A stretch of 64,000 bases of DNA. Origin: Lingula anatina. Lineage: Eukaryota > Animalia > Brachiopoda. Of this stretch, positions 63,359 through 64,000 are shown piece by piece (within the stretch, counting starts at the first letter, position 1; the number at the start of each line of letters is the position of its first letter). The notes under the pieces were generated by a model. It saw only the letters and a list, made by a program, of their open reading frames with translations. It made no database searches and was not told where the DNA came from. The position numbers and the translations under genes were made by a program. The DNA lies in contig JBPQGU010000016.1 in assembly GCA_051362555.1 (NCBI GenBank), positions 5,890,001 to 5,954,000 on the forward strand. The letters run 5' to 3'.

Positions 63359-63487
63359 AGGGAGAACAGCCACTTTGTAGCCTTCAGTAATACCAAGGTG
63401 TATCTATGTACTGCTAGTACAGTGGAGCAGTTAGAATGGCCACAAACACTACTACAACTAGAGAACCTATTATTACAGGATCCACAG
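63359..63487 (+). CDS. CATSPERE: CATSPERE-like exon 16; the gene continues beyond the window
   Basis: ttttccag and CAG|gtaaga; RENSHFVAFSNTKVYLCTASTVEQLEWPQTLLQLENLLLQDPQ, cf. human RRSTFAVWTENEIYL; the 16 exons total 1236 nt with no stop. Confidence 0.78.
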
Positions 63488-63954
63488 GTAAGACATAGGA
63501 ACATATGACTACAGTGTTCATTATATGATCTTATAGTTGTATTATCTGTGTACTGCTAGTACAGAAGCAGTTAGAGTGGTCTGAGACACTGCTACAACTA
63601 GAGAACCTATTATTACAGGATCCACAGGTAAGACATAGGAACATATGACTACAGTGTTCATTATATGATCTTATAGTTGTATTATCTGTGTACTGCTAGT
63701 ACAGTGGAGCAGTTAGAGTGGCCACAAACACTACTACAACTAGAGAACCTATTATTACAGGATCCACAGGTAAGACATAGGATCATATGACTATAGTGTT
63801 CATTATATGATTTTAAAGTTGTATTATCTGTGTACTGCTAGTACAGGGGAGCAGTTAGAGTGGTCTGAGACACTGCTACAACTAGAGAACCTGTTATAAC
63901 AGGATCCACAGGTAAGACATAGGACTTCAGTGTTCATTATGTGATCTTATAGTT
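63401..63954 (+). repeat. About 142-bp tandem repeat, about 4 copies, spanning the exon 16 donor
   Basis: tatct(a/g)tgtactgctagtacag... unit starts at 63401, 63543, 63683 and 63825; CAG|GTAAGA at 63488, 63628, 63770 and 63912. Confidence 0.96.
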
Positions 63955-64000
63955 TTTTAATGGGATTTTTTTCTTGGGGGGTGGGGGGGGGGGACTTTTT

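Noticed and set aside
52304-63487. CDIN1/C15orf41, suggested by its linkage to vertebrate MEIS2
   Set aside because: The spliced peptide does not resemble it and instead follows CATSPERE motifs in order.

Overview
AT-rich, intron-rich animal DNA from an invertebrate bilaterian; the Meis sequence looks protostome/spiralian-like, but that is inference. Three genes were reconstructed by hand from splice sites and reading-frame phase. (1) The 3' half of a Meis/homothorax TALE homeobox gene on +: six exons at 683-45541, very long introns and a probably long 3' UTR to about 49.5 kb. (2) The 5' part of a CatSper-epsilon (CATSPERE)-like sperm channel subunit on +: 16 phase-compatible exons at 52304-63487, 412 codons, running off the window and almost invisible in the ORF track. 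(3) A two-coding-exon TRIM-NHL (TRIM2/3-like) gene on - at 55624-58144, nested antisense inside CATSPERE intron 7. Main highlights: a GC donor, an in-frame GT donor and read-through after the Meis homeobox, with the GT donor inside a perfect 12-bp hairpin; a candidate exon giving a homeodomain-less Meis; three independent tandem arrays in CATSPERE that each multiply an exon end plus its 5' splice site; a TRIM protein with a decayed RING and a split B-box; and dense TALE and nuclear-receptor motif clusters and G-U-rich RNA stems around Meis. Protein similarities are from memory of the families, not from database searches.
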